Assembly (NCBI GenBank): GCA_030324005.1 | Contig: JARDVH010000128.1 | Coordinates: 11,375,554-11,439,553 of the forward strand | Length of the DNA stretch: 64,000 nucleotides | From: Negaprion brevirostris | Taxonomy: Eukaryota | Direction of reading: 5' to 3' | Shown: one piece after another, positions 50,455 through 63,724 of the stretch | Position numbering within the stretch: the stretch's first letter is position 1 | Layout: every line of letters begins with the position of its first letter | Notes under the pieces: model-generated | What the model saw: the letters and a program-made list of their open reading frames with translations, nothing else | What the model was told of the DNA's origin: nothing | Databases searched by the model: none | Translations under genes and position numbers: made by a program

Positions 50455-51358
50455 GCAAGGAGTACAGGAAAGAGATATGGAATCTAGTGAAATGGTATGA
50501 TGACTATAATCACTTCCTCAATGTAAGTAAAATGAAGGAAATAGTCATCGATTTCAGGAAACGTAGTGGAGGACATGCCCCTATCTGCATCAATGGTAAA
50601 GAAGTGGACATCGTCAAAAGCTTCAAGTTTCTAGGTATCCAGGTCATCAACAACCTGCCCCGGTTCAACCGTGCTGATGCTATAGGGAAGAAAGTCCACC
50701 AACACCTCTATCTTCCCTCACCTGATGAAGGAGCAGCGCTCCGAAAGCTCATGCGACCAAATAAGCCTGTTGGATTTTAATCTGGTGTTGTGAGACTTCT
50801 TACTCTACTTTCTCAGGAGGGTGAGGAAATTTGCATGTCTGCTATGACTCTGACCAATTTTTACAGATGCACCATAGAAAGCATCCTTTCTGGCTGTTTT
50901 CCAGTTTGATATGGCTCCTGCTCTAACCAAGACTACAAGCACGTGGTCTTGGTTGTGAATGTAGCCCAGTCCATCATGCAAAACCGCCTTCCATTCATTG
51001 ATTCCTTCTACAATTCCCGCTGCCTCTGGAAAGTAGCCAGCATAATTAAGGACTCCACATACCCTGGAAATACTCCCTTCCACCTTCTTCCGCCCGGAAA
51101 AAGTTACAAAAATCTGATGACGTGTACCAACCAACTTAGGAACAGCTTCTTCCCTGCTGTGAGATTTTTGAATGGACCTACCTCATATTAAGTTGATCTT
51201 TCTTTACACCCGATGACAGTAACACTACATTCTACACTGTCTCCTTTCCTTCTCTCCTATGTACTCTATGAACAGGATGCTTTGTCTGTACAACATGCAA
51301 GAAACAATACTTTTCACTGTTCCCAATGCATGTGACGATAATGAATCAAATCAAATCA
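50455..51358 (+). mobile_element. Rex1/Babar LINE 3' part
   Basis: EYRKEIWNLVKW..LNVSKMKEIVIDFRK..FKFLGIQ; NSFFPAVRFLNGPTSY; (AATCA)n tail. Confidence 0.88.
50719..50753 (+). ncRNA. Minimal type I hammerhead ribozyme motif (Penelope-associated)
   Basis: CAC-CUGAUGA-A-GGAGC-AGC-GCUCC-GAAA-GC-UC-AUG: intact core, 5-bp stem II, palindromic AGCU in place of stem III, predicted cut after 50750; stem I has one mismatch. Confidence 0.7.
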
Positions 51359-52602
51359 ACAGCAGAAGTTCTTAAAAATGGCCTTATGTGTAGTTTATGT
51401 GCCTGGTTATTTAAGGAACCATTGTGCAGATTCCAGCTTGCAGAATCACACTTGATTGGCAAGTGATTGATCAATTAGTTACCTTAACCCACATGGTCCA
51501 GTTTGGTATTTTGTTGTTGCATCAACTGGTTGCAATGTCAGAATAGCACATATTCACTGTGTTCTCATATTCACACTGTGGCCGTTTCCACATGCACCCT
51601 TTTCCTACTGGAATGGAGTGCAGGTCATGTAGTAAACAGCCAGCAGAGCATCAAGCCCGAGCAAAGTCATGCTAAGCCTCTGTAGCGCTGCAAAAATACT
51701 TCACAGGTCATTCTATTTGTGCTTGTGCTGAACTGCATTTCATTACTAATGTTTTTCAGTTTTGACAATAATCTGGTAAATTTTGGTGAAGAAGCCTCAC
51801 AGAAATACTAAAGTGTTGTTATGCATTTTCTCTAGCTTTCTGAGGATCTTCAGCTGAGATTAATGCTGAGAATCTGAAAACCCTTTGAGCCGACACCAAC
51901 TATGTGGGATCCACAGTTTAGATGTGAAGTTTCTAACCACTGACAGTTTCAATTCTAATGTTCCAGCAATCCATAGCTTAATAACTGGTAAAAATTCCTA
52001 CTTGGATACTAACAATTCCATTACAATTGAATAAAAATGACTTTGCTGAACTGCTGAAGATGATAATGTTAATGACACTTGGACGAAACCACTGCAGACC
52101 TTGTCTTCCTTGCACAATGGCTGAAATATGACAGTACTAGAAATGACAATTCTGAGGTGCCTAAAGACATTGGGGATCATTGAAGAGCTGACTGACTACT
52201 GTAATGGGAAGACAGTAAAGTTGTTAGCCTGAAAAAGATGATTGTATGGGCTGAGGGACTTCTACACCCTGCAGGTTTTGATAATGTACAGAATTTAAAT
52301 ACATCAATAAAATGGATATAATTTCTTCACTTTTTGCAAAAGTGGAGTTGGGAACATTCAGTATGTTACCAAGGAATTTTGCAGGGTTATCAGCCATTGA
52401 CAACACTGGGATTAGAGGCCTTCAGTGGATACAGAACAAGAATTATTCTAATCTCCAAATTTACACGATTCTNNNNNNNNNNTGTCAATCTTTTTTGGGC
52501 TATACATGAAGGTTGTGAAATATTTTCTTATTTTGAAAGAAACATAAGAAATTCGGTACTCCATTTTCAATCTAACAATAACCACAACATCTGATACTTT
52601 AC

Positions 52603-52797
52603 CTCTTGTTTCTGTGGTGATGACAACTGCCTCCACTGGCTCCCCCCAGCCCCGACGCGTCTTTGCAGACACACGGAAGATGTATGGAGACTCGGGTGTC
52701 AGCTTCGTTGCAGAGTACTGTCGGACATTGGAGCTGACTTCTGTGATAATGAACTTATTTGGCTCAGCAGCTGCCAGACGGTAAGCTATCCGATAAC
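52603..52797 (-). CDS. SDK1: Sidekick-1 coding exon, FN3
   Basis: ttgcag|GT TAT ... AGA G|gtaaag; 195 nt, phase 1-1; YRIAYRLAAAEPNKFIITEVSSNVRQYSATKLTPESPYIFRVSAKTRRGWGEPVEAVVITTETR. Confidence 0.94.
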
Positions 52798-54004
52798 CTG
52801 CAAAGGGAAAACATATATATTGCAGTTTAAATAGTAATACATATTTAAAAGAAAGGAAGACAGTGAAAAGGGATTACAAAAATAGGATATACTTGTCAGA
52901 ATATTATCTAACCAGTTTTTAAAAACATTTTGTTTTCACCTTTCTTTGAACAATATGATGCAATGCATTTAAGCAGCATTTTAACACAATGAGGATCTCC
53001 CAAAGCACATATACATTTCAACAAAACAGAGCACATTATAGCATGATGATTTGAGATTATTTTTGTCACTCCAATTTTCCATTCTCCTGAAGGCAGTGAC
53101 TCACGCTGGGAGACCAGCCAATCTCCAGTATCTCACCCAAGTTGCTATTTGCCATGTGTAGGCCCAAACAGCCAGCATTTGCAGATTATTTGACTGTGGG
53201 CAGCATCAAAGATAGTCCCAGCGCTGTACTCATCTAATGTTACACTTTTATCATATAACAGACAGGAGCAGGAACCTTAGTTGAATATTCCCCTCTCTTC
53301 AACATACTGAGACAATTATAACATATTTGTTGTGCTTTTTGGCATGATCAACTAGAGGAGAGGCTAAGAACAAAACTGGCATTTCTTCTGAATGCTGGAT
53401 CAATTCAAAAATGTGCAGTTCATTTACCATTTGAGCCAATTAGCTGTTGCAACAATGGTCAGAGGGTTTAATCAAAATATACCATTTAAACTGTCTGGTT
53501 CCTTACAAATGTGATGAAAGGAATGAGAAATTATTTCCCAAAAGACAGGTTTACTGTTGAATATTCCAAATTGCATGCATTCTCAATTGTCACCGTTAGC
53601 AAGAGTAATGGTGACACCTGAAATGTGTCAGAGCAATCTTGACCAGCAATAAAACAGCACTATAATATGTACTCTCAGAGTGACAAAAGATGCACGAGTA
53701 TGAGAAAGGATAGAAAAGAAGGAACTTGAACAAAAGGAAAAATATAAGTTATTCGTCTAGATTTTGTGAAATTGTGAAGTGTTCAGTGTCAACATTCCAT
53801 TGAAATAGACAACAACCACTGGAGCCTGCTCATAGACAGAATAACACAAAAATCCAGAAGGGGCTGACAACAATTCTACATTTCTCCAGCGGACATATGG
53901 TAGAGGCAACCCTTCAGACTGTAATCAAGGAACTAATTTACCAGAACACCCGCACATACACTGTTAAGTCTCACTACAGAATTCCTTAAAAATGGTCACA
54001 GCAT

Positions 54005-54555
54005 CATGAAATGTTTGCAGCATAGAAGGAGGCCAATCAGCCCATCATTTCTATACTGGCTGTCAGCAAAAGCAACTCAGCTAGTCTCAGTCCCTGCCTT
54101 TTTCCCTTGACTATGCATTTCACTTCACATAATTATCAAATACCCTTTTAAAATTCATGATTAAATCTGCCTGCAACACAATCTCATGCAATACATTGCA
54201 GCTCAAAACCACTCACAGTGCAAAACGATTTTCTCGTGATACCTTTGGTTCTTTTGTCATTGATCTTAAATTGGTATCCTCTGGTTCTCGCTCCTTCCAT
54301 CAATGGGAACAATTTCTCCCTAACCCCTGCATCCAGATGCCTCATGATTTTCAACACGTCTAACAAATCTCCTCTCTACCTTCTCTTCTCTAAGGTACAG
54401 CCCTAGCATCTCCAATCTATTTTCATAACTGAAGTCCCTCTCCACATACCTTCACATCCTCCCTAAAATACGGTGCCTAGAATTGGACACAACTCCAGCT
54501 GAGGCCAAACCAATGTTTTATAATGCCTTGCTTTGGTACTCTATGTCTCCATCTA
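54005..54555 (-). mobile_element. CR1 3' fragment
   Basis: LDVLKIMRHLDAGVREKLFPLMEGARTRGYQFK. Confidence 0.8.
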
Positions 54556-54561
54556 TAACTG

Positions 54562-55575
54562 ATGTGGAGATGTCGGTGCTGGATTGACTCACAACACCAG
54601 GTTAAAGTCCAACAGGTTTACGTGATCGCACAAGCTTTCGGAGTGTTACTCCTTCAGATGAATGAAGAGTTGTGTTCACAAACAGGGCATACATAAACAC
54701 TGACTTAATTTACGAGATAATGATTGGAATGTGAGTCTTTATAGGTATTCAAGTCTTTACAGGTACAAACAGTGTGAGTGGAAAGAGGGTTAAACACGTG
54801 TTAAANNNNNNNNNNAAGTCGTGGGGGTTACAGATAGTGTGACATGAACCCAAGATCCTGGTTGAGGCCGCCCTCACGTGTGCAGAACTTGGCTATCAGT
54901 TTCTGCTCAGCGATTCTGCGTTGTATGTCATGAAGGCCGCCTTGGAGAACGCTTACCTGAAGATCAGAGGTTGAATGCCTGTGACTGCTGAAGTGTACCC
55001 TGCCAGAAAGAGAACACTCCTGCCTGGTGATAGTCAAGCGGTGTTCATTCATCCATTGTCGTAGTGTCTGCATGGTCTCGCCAATGTACCATGGCTCAGG
55101 ATATCCTTTCCTTCAACGTACCAGGTAGACAACATTGGCCGAGTCTCAAGACTATGTACCATGTACCTGGCGGATGATGTTCTCTTGTGAAATGATGGCA
55201 TCCATGTCAATGATCCAGCGCGTCTTGCAGAGGTTGCTGTGGCAGTACTGTGTGGTATCATGGTCACTCTTCTCCTGAAGGCGAAGTAGTTTACTGTGGA
55301 CAATAGTCTGTTCAAAATTGTGGAGTTGTTTGAAGGCAAGAAGTGGGGGTGTGGGGATGGCGAGACGTTTGTCTTCATCGATGACATGTTGAAGGCTCCA
55401 AAGATGTTGTAGCTTCTCCGCTCCAGAGAAATACTGGACGACGCGTCCCGTGTTTGTCTTCTAAGGAGGTCAGTGCTGTTTTTTGCTGTGGCACGTCGGA
55501 ACGGTCGATCGATGAGTCAAGTGCCATATCCTGTTCTTACAAGGGCATCTTTCAGCATCTGTAGGTGTCTGTTGC
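54562..55575 (-). mobile_element. Penelope-like element: GIY-YIG endonuclease C-terminus plus pLTR with partly deleted hammerhead (54629-54660)
   Basis: QTLRQWMNEHRLTITRQECSLSGRVHFSSHRHSTSDLQVSVLQGGL..AEQKLIAKF..GLNQDLGFMSHY; continues into a gap. Confidence 0.85.
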
Positions 55576-56329
55576 ANNNNNNNNNNNNNNNNNNNNNNNN
55601 NNNNNNNNNNNNNNNNNNNNNNNNNNNNNNNNNNNNNNNNNNNNNNNNNNNNNNNNNNNNNNNNNNNNNNNNNNNNNNNNNNNNNNNNNNNNNNNNNNNN
55701 NNNNNNNNNNNNNNNNNNNNNNNNNNNNNNNNNNNNNNNNNNNNNNNNNNNNNNNNNNNNNNNNNNNNNNNNNNNNNNNNNNNNNNNNNNNNNNNNNNNN
55801 NNNNNNNNNNNNNNNNNNNNNNNNNNNNNNNNNNNNNNNNNNNNNNNNNNNNNNNNNNNNNNNNNNNNNNNNNNNNNNNNNNNNNNNNNNNNNNNNNNNN
55901 NNNNNNNNNNNNNNNNNNNNNNNNNNNNNNNNNNNNNNNNNNNNNNNNNNNNNNNNNNNNNNNNNNNNNNNNNNNNNNNNNNNNNNNNNNNNNNNNNNNN
56001 NNNNNNNNNNNNNNNNNNNNNNNNNNNNNNNNNNNNNNNNNNNNNNNNNNNNNNNNNNNNNNNNNNNNNNNNNNNNNNNNNNNNNNNNNNNNNNNNNNNN
56101 NNNNNNNNNNNNNNNNNNNNNNNNNNNNNNNNNNNNGACAATGAGTGCCCCTGATTCAACTGCTCCATCTGTGCTGAGTTTCTGTAGAAGTCCATAGTGT
56201 TGCGACAAAAACTAGGGGTTTTTTGTACAAAAGGTTTCAGAATACCCTCGACGTAGCTGAAGAGGTTCTTATACAGGGTCCTATTTCGTGATATGATGGG
56301 ACGGCCGGGTATGTATTGACACAGACTTC

Positions 56330-56975
56330 TTTCTATCCATCTATAAATGCCAGGATCCTGTATGTCTGATTAAGCACTTTCTCAACCTGTCTTGCCACAG
56401 AGGTTCTTGTCCAGCTGAGGTCTTCAGTACAGATCAAGATCAAGAGTAGCTGTAGTCCTAATACTGGCCTGTGGGGAAACCACACTACACACCTTACTCC
56501 CATCCAAAAAGTAACAGTTTTTCCTTCTTGGGTTGTGGGCACCAATCGCCCATCCCTATTGACCCTACTTTCAGTACAACTCTCTTTCCCATCATTCAGC
56601 CAACTCTGTATCCATGCTGACACTGTTACTTTTATTCCATGATCTCTAAATTTGCTGACAAGCTGCAACATGATACTTCAAATGCCTTTTGGAAGTCCTG
56701 GAACACCAATAAACTGCATTAGTCTCATCTATCTTCACTGGTAAGTCATCAAAAAAACTCTGTTAAACACAATTTTCCCTCATGAAATCTATACTTGCTT
56801 TCCACATTTGTCCAAGTGATTGTTAGGTTTGTTCTAAGATATCTGCATTGACACTTCGAAAAAAGTGCCCCACTGTGAAGGATAAACTGACGGTCCTGTA
56901 GTTGTTGGGCTTATCTTTATATCCTTTATTGAATAAAGGTATAACATCTACAATTCTCCAATCCATCCCTTCATC
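56330..56975 (-). mobile_element. CR1 RT fragment
   Basis: DWRIVDVIPLFNKGYKDKPNNYRTVSL; HGIKVTVSAWIQSWL. Confidence 0.8.
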
Positions 56976-56984
56976 TACTAAGGA

Positions 56985-57810
56985 TTGGAAGATTAATGTA
57001 GATAAATGTGAGGTTATCCACTTTGGTAGCAATAATAGGAAGACAGGTTATTACTTGAATGAGTGTAAATTGAGAGAGGTGGATAGTCAGCGAGACCTTG
57101 GTGTCCTCATGTATCAGTCGCTGAAACTAAGTGCACAGGTACAGCAGACAGTAAAGGTGGCAAACGGTATGTTTGCCTTCATAGCTAGAGGATTTGAGTA
57201 CAGAAAGAGATGTTTTTACTGCAGTTGTATAAGGTGTTGGTGAGGCCACACCTGGAGTGTTGTGTGCAGTCTTGGTGTCCTTATCTAAGGAAAGATGTCC
57301 TTGCTATAGAGGGGGTACGGCGAAAGTTTACTAGGCTGATTCTTGGGATGGCAGGTCTGTCATATGAAGAGAGACTAAGTCGGTTAGGGATTGTATTCAT
57401 TGGAGTTTAGAAGAGTCAGAGGGGACCTCATAGAAAATTCTAATATTACCTAATATTAAAATTATAAAATTCTAACAGGGTTAGATAGGGTAGATTCAGA
57501 CAGAATGTCCCCAGTGGTGGGGGAGTCCAGAACTAGGGGTCATAGTTTGAGGACAAGGGCTAAACCTTTTAGAACTGAGGTGAGAAGAAACTTCTTCACC
57601 CAAAGAGAAGCGAATTTGAATGTGTGGAATTCACTACCACTTACAGGAGTTGACGTCAAAATGTTGTGTGATTTTAAGGTATAGATCTTGGGGCTAAAGG
57701 GGTCAAGCAATATGGGGGGAAGGTGGGATCAGGATATTGAATTTGATGATTAGCCATGATCATAATGAATGGCGAAGCAGACTTCTGCTTCTATTTTCTA
57801 CGTTTCTATA
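56985..57810 (+). mobile_element. CR1 3' part
   Basis: INVDKCEVIHFG..QRDLGV; LYKVLVRPHLECCVQSWCPYLRKD; 3' tail. Confidence 0.9.
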
Positions 57811-58274
57811 TCATGGACAGTGCTACCACAATTTCCACCCTTACTTTCTTCATCATCATTGGATGCAACTGATCCATTCCTGGTGACTTATCAACCATAA
57901 GTTCAGCCAACCTCTCTAAAACCTCCTTTAAATCAATTTTTAGCCAATCCAGTTACAGATCCATAAATTCATAACTTCCTCCTCTTCCACTATGAGATGA
58001 TGAGATATAACTAAGTTTTCAAACAGCATGCTTTAAACTTCACAATTACTGAAAAAGAGACAAAATCATGTCTCTTTTTCATAGCTATTCATCTTGTATT
58101 TGTCAGGACAAAATTACTTTTAAATATCCTCTCTACCCTTGAAAAGCAAATTTTATATTTATAAAACATCAAAAGTTTCTACAATGATAAAAAGTCCACG
58201 TGTTTTAAATTTAATTTTGTTTAAAGTTTGTGTATTTTACCTTTTACCTTAATCCAATTGATTGCGTCAACATC

Positions 58275-58436
58275 CTAAAACTCCCTCCCTAGCAGCAGTG
58301 TGGGTGTACCTACCTCACATGGACTGCAGCGATTCAAGAAGGCAGCTCACCACCATCGTTCCTTTCCAAGAACAATTAGGGTTGGGCAATAAATGCCGAG
58401 CCAACAAAGCACATATCCCTTGAATGAATTTTAAAA
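58275..58436 (+). mobile_element. 3' tail of the ORF1-less CR1-type LINE
   Basis: aactccctccctagcagc..cacatggactgcagcgattcaagaaggcagctcaccacc..caattagggttgggcaataaatg. Confidence 0.7.
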
Positions 58437-59181
58437 CAATCATTCTGAAATTTATCAAAACAATTTTATGTGCTTTTACCTCCCTTTTACGTGTGAGCAC
58501 TTTCATTGGTTGTTTCTCTGCTTGCTGAGATTACTAATGCTGGGGAAATGGAGAGCTGTGAGGCTAAATAAGTCAATAAACTTTCAATGAAGAAAAGCTC
58601 TGTGCCATGGTTTTGGCTTCAGCAACTGACCTGGATCCTAATAACACTCTCGACTTGGCTCAGATTTAAACCATCATTGGGAAAAGCAGATTCCTACCAC
58701 AGGCATCACTGGATCATTGTGGACAGTGACAAGTTCCATTGTTTCCCTGTTGACCACAACATCTGAAATATATTTCATTCACATTCAGGAGGTTCTGGCA
58801 GATTTTCTGCATCGGTAGCAAAGAGAAAAAATTAAGTATGGGAATTTGTCCTGACTGAGATGGAGATATGAGTCACTTCAGCTGCGCAACACCACGCAAA
58901 TTGACAGGAAACTTTATTGTCAGGAATAAATCGTAGTATTTTTCTGTTGGCCATATTCCTGTCTTTTTAAAACTGTTAGGAGTATGTAAGTGGTAAGTGA
59001 AGCACAGACAAAGTGACTGTGAAAATCTAAACTGTGGGTTTGATATGGTAATGAGTCCACAAATACTTCAAAACTGGTATTTACATATGGTAATTTAGTA
59101 ACAATGTTTACAAAACCAGAAATAGGTTTGAATGGGCTGCTGTGGTTCAAAGAACAATATAAGCAGGGTGGAAAAGAAAGG

Positions 59182-59826
59182 TGTCATGGTTAAAGTATTC
59201 TTAGATTTTTCTTGTAAATTCTAGATAAAGAAATAAAGTTAATCATTTCTGGGAGACAGCATTTTTAAAGAAACTGAGCAAGACAATGGAAAGGTCAAAG
59301 GGAAAGTCTGTATTTAAGGAGATACTGAAACCTAGGGGGTAGCTGTTTTAGATCTTAGCAGATAGCAGGAATAGTTGGTTGACTCCCAGCAAGCAGCGTG
59401 AACAAAGCTTGATCTGAAAAGCCAGTTGTTGCTAACCTCAGAGGCCACTCCAAAGAGAAATTATGTGGTATAAACTACTGACTTTTATAGATTTTAAAAT
59501 CTGTAAGGAGCTGGTGAACAGATACAGGGAATTTAGCTCTGAAGGTAATTAAATTAAGATTGTGTGGAACTGTCTTAAAGTATTAGCACTGAGTGAAGCC
59601 ATTGCTGTGTTTAAACATAATTCTATTTTGTGCTTTTTTTTCCTATTTCTTGATAAACATTTACTTTCTTATGAAATCATCACAAGTAGACAGGGACATC
59701 ATTTCTGGATTTCAAAATCTCTCCTCATACTCTACAAATTGCAAAAAAAAAATGTGAGGCAGTTGTTTCAAGTTTCCCTTCTGGGATTTGGATAGCTCTG
59801 CATTTACCATCAGCTGTGTCTGAACA
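59182..59826 (+). mobile_element. Probable solo LTR
   Basis: TGTCATG...TGAACA ends, about 645 bp, non-coding; no TSD seen. Confidence 0.35.
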
Positions 59827-61799
59827 TTATTGTCTCATTACCAGAACGTATCTTTCTGATTGCATAGAAAGACCTTTTCCAAGAAATGGAGAACCCCATT
59901 CAGCTTGATTGTCAGGCTTTTATAATTATTGATAAATTATCCTATTTTGTCTGGGACCAGAAGAAAGTAGGAAATCTTCTCAATCTCATGGACATTAGAT
60001 CCTGCAAACAAATCTCAAGCCAATTTCCAAATAACATAATTTTAGATTTCATCTCAAATTTATAAGTAATCCAGCAAACCCGTTCAGGGACAGTCTGTAA
60101 GGGCAATGTGGAATGTCTGGTACAGCTTGGATATGCTGATGCTGGATCTTAAGTATATTCTTGGGGCAGCGTTGGGCAAAGTTTTCCAATGTATCAAATC
60201 TATACCTCATTTAACCTAGGAATTCCTTACACTGTGCCTCTCGAGATGGATTATGTTGTCTAATGCATTTCATCATGAATTTGGATGCTCATTTGTTTTC
60301 GCTAATTGAAACTGCTGCATGTATTCTTCTTACAAATTAAATCAAGAAAAAAGTATGGCAAAAGCCAATGGGTGATTTACTATAAACATAATATGACACC
60401 TCAGAGTCAGCCTGAAATTGTAAAAACATGGTGAATGTCTCTGGCAGTCATCAACAATACCAGTCCAAGTGGGACTGCTCCTACTCCCCAATGGTTTACT
60501 TTTGTAGCTTNNNNNNNNNNCTCCTGAGACTTGTGTTGAATGAGGCTGATGCTGCTTTAGAGCGGATTTTAAAAACTGAACAGACTGCTTTTTTTTAAAC
60601 TGTCAGCAATGTACAAAGTCCCCTTTGTATTGTTGTGGAATCAGAAAATCTTCAACCGTTTAAATAACAGCAAATGTCTAGGCAATTTCATGGTACTAAA
60701 AGACCACAATCTGTTTCTTATTAATGTCATTTTTAAACTCACACACAAGATTAAAGTTGAAACAACTGAAAAGAGTCATTGAAACCTGAAAACAGAGATA
60801 ACACTGAAAGTTTGAACCAGTGTAAAATAATCCCTTCTGCTTTTTGGCAGTGATTGAAGAAAGTATGAACACAGTAGCTGTAAGGAAGATGAAAAATACT
60901 CAGGAAAAGATTACTCATGCTTCTAGATTGAAGACGGTACAAATCTCTGCCTTAAGTTTTATTCCAATGAACTGAGTTTGAATTAAAAATCTTGTGTGAA
61001 GTCTGTTTAGAATATAATTCTAGTTTGAATTCAGATTGCAGCATTATACTACCAGTACAGCTGTTGATCTTACAATATTATTCTGCAGGGCATGTATTTT
61101 AAAATAAAACTATTTTTAAAAAAATTCAGCATGAACTTTAGAACCTGATTTGAGATTCCTTCATCAACATTCTACTTTTCAAATTTCTAGTGCCTCCAGT
61201 TGCAGCGACACTCAAGAAATGTTATGTCTGCTCTATTCATAATGCATGGCACTTAATACCATGGTGTATTATTAGATACTTTAAACTGTTCCTTAAAAAG
61301 TTGAAGTGCAATGAAAACATCCAATATTGTAATACACTTCAGCACCAGTAAGTGTCACCAAAAGACAGCTTGTTTGTCCTTTGTCTGCTTATTTATCCAT
61401 CAATTATTTATGCAGAGTATGTTATTGCCCAAAGAACAAACATGTTACTCTGCTATAGCATTAATTTTCAGTGTGATTCTATGTAAAACATTGTCACCTT
61501 TGTCCTCTTCCCGCACAGGCCTCAAAAGAGAGACAGTATGAAATGTTACATCCAAATACCACAAAAAGAAAAATTTTGATGATTGGCTGAGTGCAGAAGA
61601 ACAATTATTGGCACAGTAAAATTGCTCATCAATCACTGGTGATGTTTCCTTTCAGTTGAAAGACCACACACAAGAACAAAAGTTTCAAAGAGGAAATTCG
61701 AGAGAAAAAAATGTTGGGAGAAAGACAAACTTAAAACAAAGTTATTTAATAGCATTTATTATAGAGGCTTTAATCTCATTTGCACATTCTCCTTCTTAC

Positions 61800-61898
61800 C
61801 TAGAATGATGCCATTGGGGTTTTCGGGTGTCTGCCAGACAACTCTAAGGGATGTTAACTGGACTTCTGGGAATAACAATCTAATGGGGGGACCTGGAA
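61800..61898 (-). CDS. SDK1: Sidekick-1 internal coding exon (first in window), start of an FN3 domain
   Basis: tttcag|TT CCA GGT ... CTA G|gtaaga; 99 nt, phase 1-1; encodes (V)[32 protein letters not shown](G), matching recalled SDK1 [33 protein letters not shown]. Confidence 0.93.
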
Positions 61899-62115
61899 CT
61901 GAAAGTGTTAAAGAGTGAGACATAATATAATCACTTGTCAAACCTTAACCCTTAATTTGAAGCAAAAATTTGATTTTCTTTATTGATTATTGTTGCCAAA
62001 ATCTCTGTTTTGGACTCATCTTCACTGTCCTTAGGATATAATATTCAAACCAGGGATTAGATCAGTTCACAATTCCTACAATATTCCATGCCATTACTAA
62101 TACAAAATAAGCTGA

Positions 62116-62405
62116 AGTTTATTTATTAGTCACAAGTAGGCTTATATTAACACTGCAATAAAGTTACTGTGAAAATCCCTTAGTCACCACATTCTGGTGC
62201 CTGTTCGGGTACGCTGAGGGAGAATTTAGCATGGTTAATGCTCCAAACCAGCACGTCTTTCAGACTTTGGGAGGAAAATGGAGCCAACCGGAGAAACTCA
62301 CGCAAACACAGGGAGAACGTGCAGACTCCACATAGACATGACTCAAGCCGGGAATTGAACTCGGGTCCCTGGCACTGTGAGGCAGCAGTGCTAATCACTG
62401 TGCCA
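62116..62405 (-). mobile_element. V-SINE, same subfamily as 38047-38308
   Basis: Reverse-complement head cacagtgattagcactgctgcctcacagtgccagggacccgagttcaattccc and matching tail. Confidence 0.85.
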
Positions 62406-63724
62406 ATGTACCGCTCTCAATGTGGTAGAGAGATACACAGCACATTGTCCTTACAGTATGAACGATTTGAATTACTAACAATTTTACAAGTTTATTTTGC
62501 AATTTATTTTGAATTATGCATTTACTGTACATTTTTCACTTTTCCATTTGGGATACAGTAAAGAAGGTGCTATTCCAAGTGTTACAGATGGCAGGAAACC
62601 AGCATGTTATCCCAAGGAGTAGGAAGCTATCTGAGATCTGCGACTCTACCACACAATGTGTCCCTGATGTCAGCTAGTCCATCCAAGAAGTCATTGAGCA
62701 GAAGTCATGTATTTCAGCAGAGAGGAAAATGCCATCATAGGGTGAGTTACTTTGAACCACTCCTGCCCACTTCCCAGCACAACATCATGATCAGGTTTTG
62801 GTGAATGCTTGAAGTAAGTCTCCAGGCTGTCATCTTGGCCAGTGATGGTGTTTCGCAGAGGAAAATTCCAAAGAGGGGAAGGAGAGAGAAAATTAATTAA
62901 CGACTACATTTTTGTAGTGTATCATAGCAGGTAAATTTGTGTAACAAATTCAGGTTCAATAGCATCACAGTTGCTCCCAAGTTCGAACAGAGGCGCAATG
63001 TGTCCTCCTGATGTTCAAAGTGGTTGTCCTGACTTTCATAAATGGCTATTTCCTCCTTTATTCAAAGGCTAACATAACACTAGATTGTGAGGCTTCACAT
63101 GAATCATTAAGCTGCTTTATTTCACACTAATGTGCACAAAAAGAGAAACAGTATCAAGTTTCACGCAGCTTAATTGGCATAAATTTTGTGTAATGATATA
63201 AAATTGTTTTAGTTATGACTCCAGCCAGTGGAGCTTTCCTCCTGACTCCCTTTTAATTAAATTTTGGTGAAGTTCCTTGATGCCACACTTAATCAAATGC
63301 TGTCTTGATATCAAGGTCAATCACTTTCACCTCACCACAGTACTAGATTCATCTTACTTGACTTAAACATAGGTCTTCTAACCTTCTGCATCAGCAAAAC
63401 TGCTCACAGGTTTCTCTTTAAACAAACTTGACTTCTCTTATCGAGTTTCTGTCTCAAAGGAGCCTCCTTTTGCTGCCTGCACTGCATCATGTAGTGTTCA
63501 ATGGTTTAGTTAATCTGTATTTGATTGTGTTAGTCTGGTAACAGATGTAGGTACACTTTCTTAATTGCTTAAGACTGGCTGGAACCTCTGAGAGCTGAAA
63601 TAGACAAAATAAAAACTTCCAGAAAACAAACATCTCCTTCCAGTTCCCAAATTGCCCAAGTTCATAAAAAGCAGCGCACATCCAACATGGCCAATTAGTG
63701 CCACATCAGTCTATTCAATCATGA

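Noticed and set aside
6971-61898. Assignment to SDK2, DSCAM or a receptor phosphatase
   Set aside because: The peptide is colinear with Sidekick FN3 repeats, and diagnostic segments (SAKTRxGWGEP, SSFKTV, NETxKMK, PKSDP..GRTHQA) match recalled SDK1 better than SDK2; a phylogeny would be decisive.
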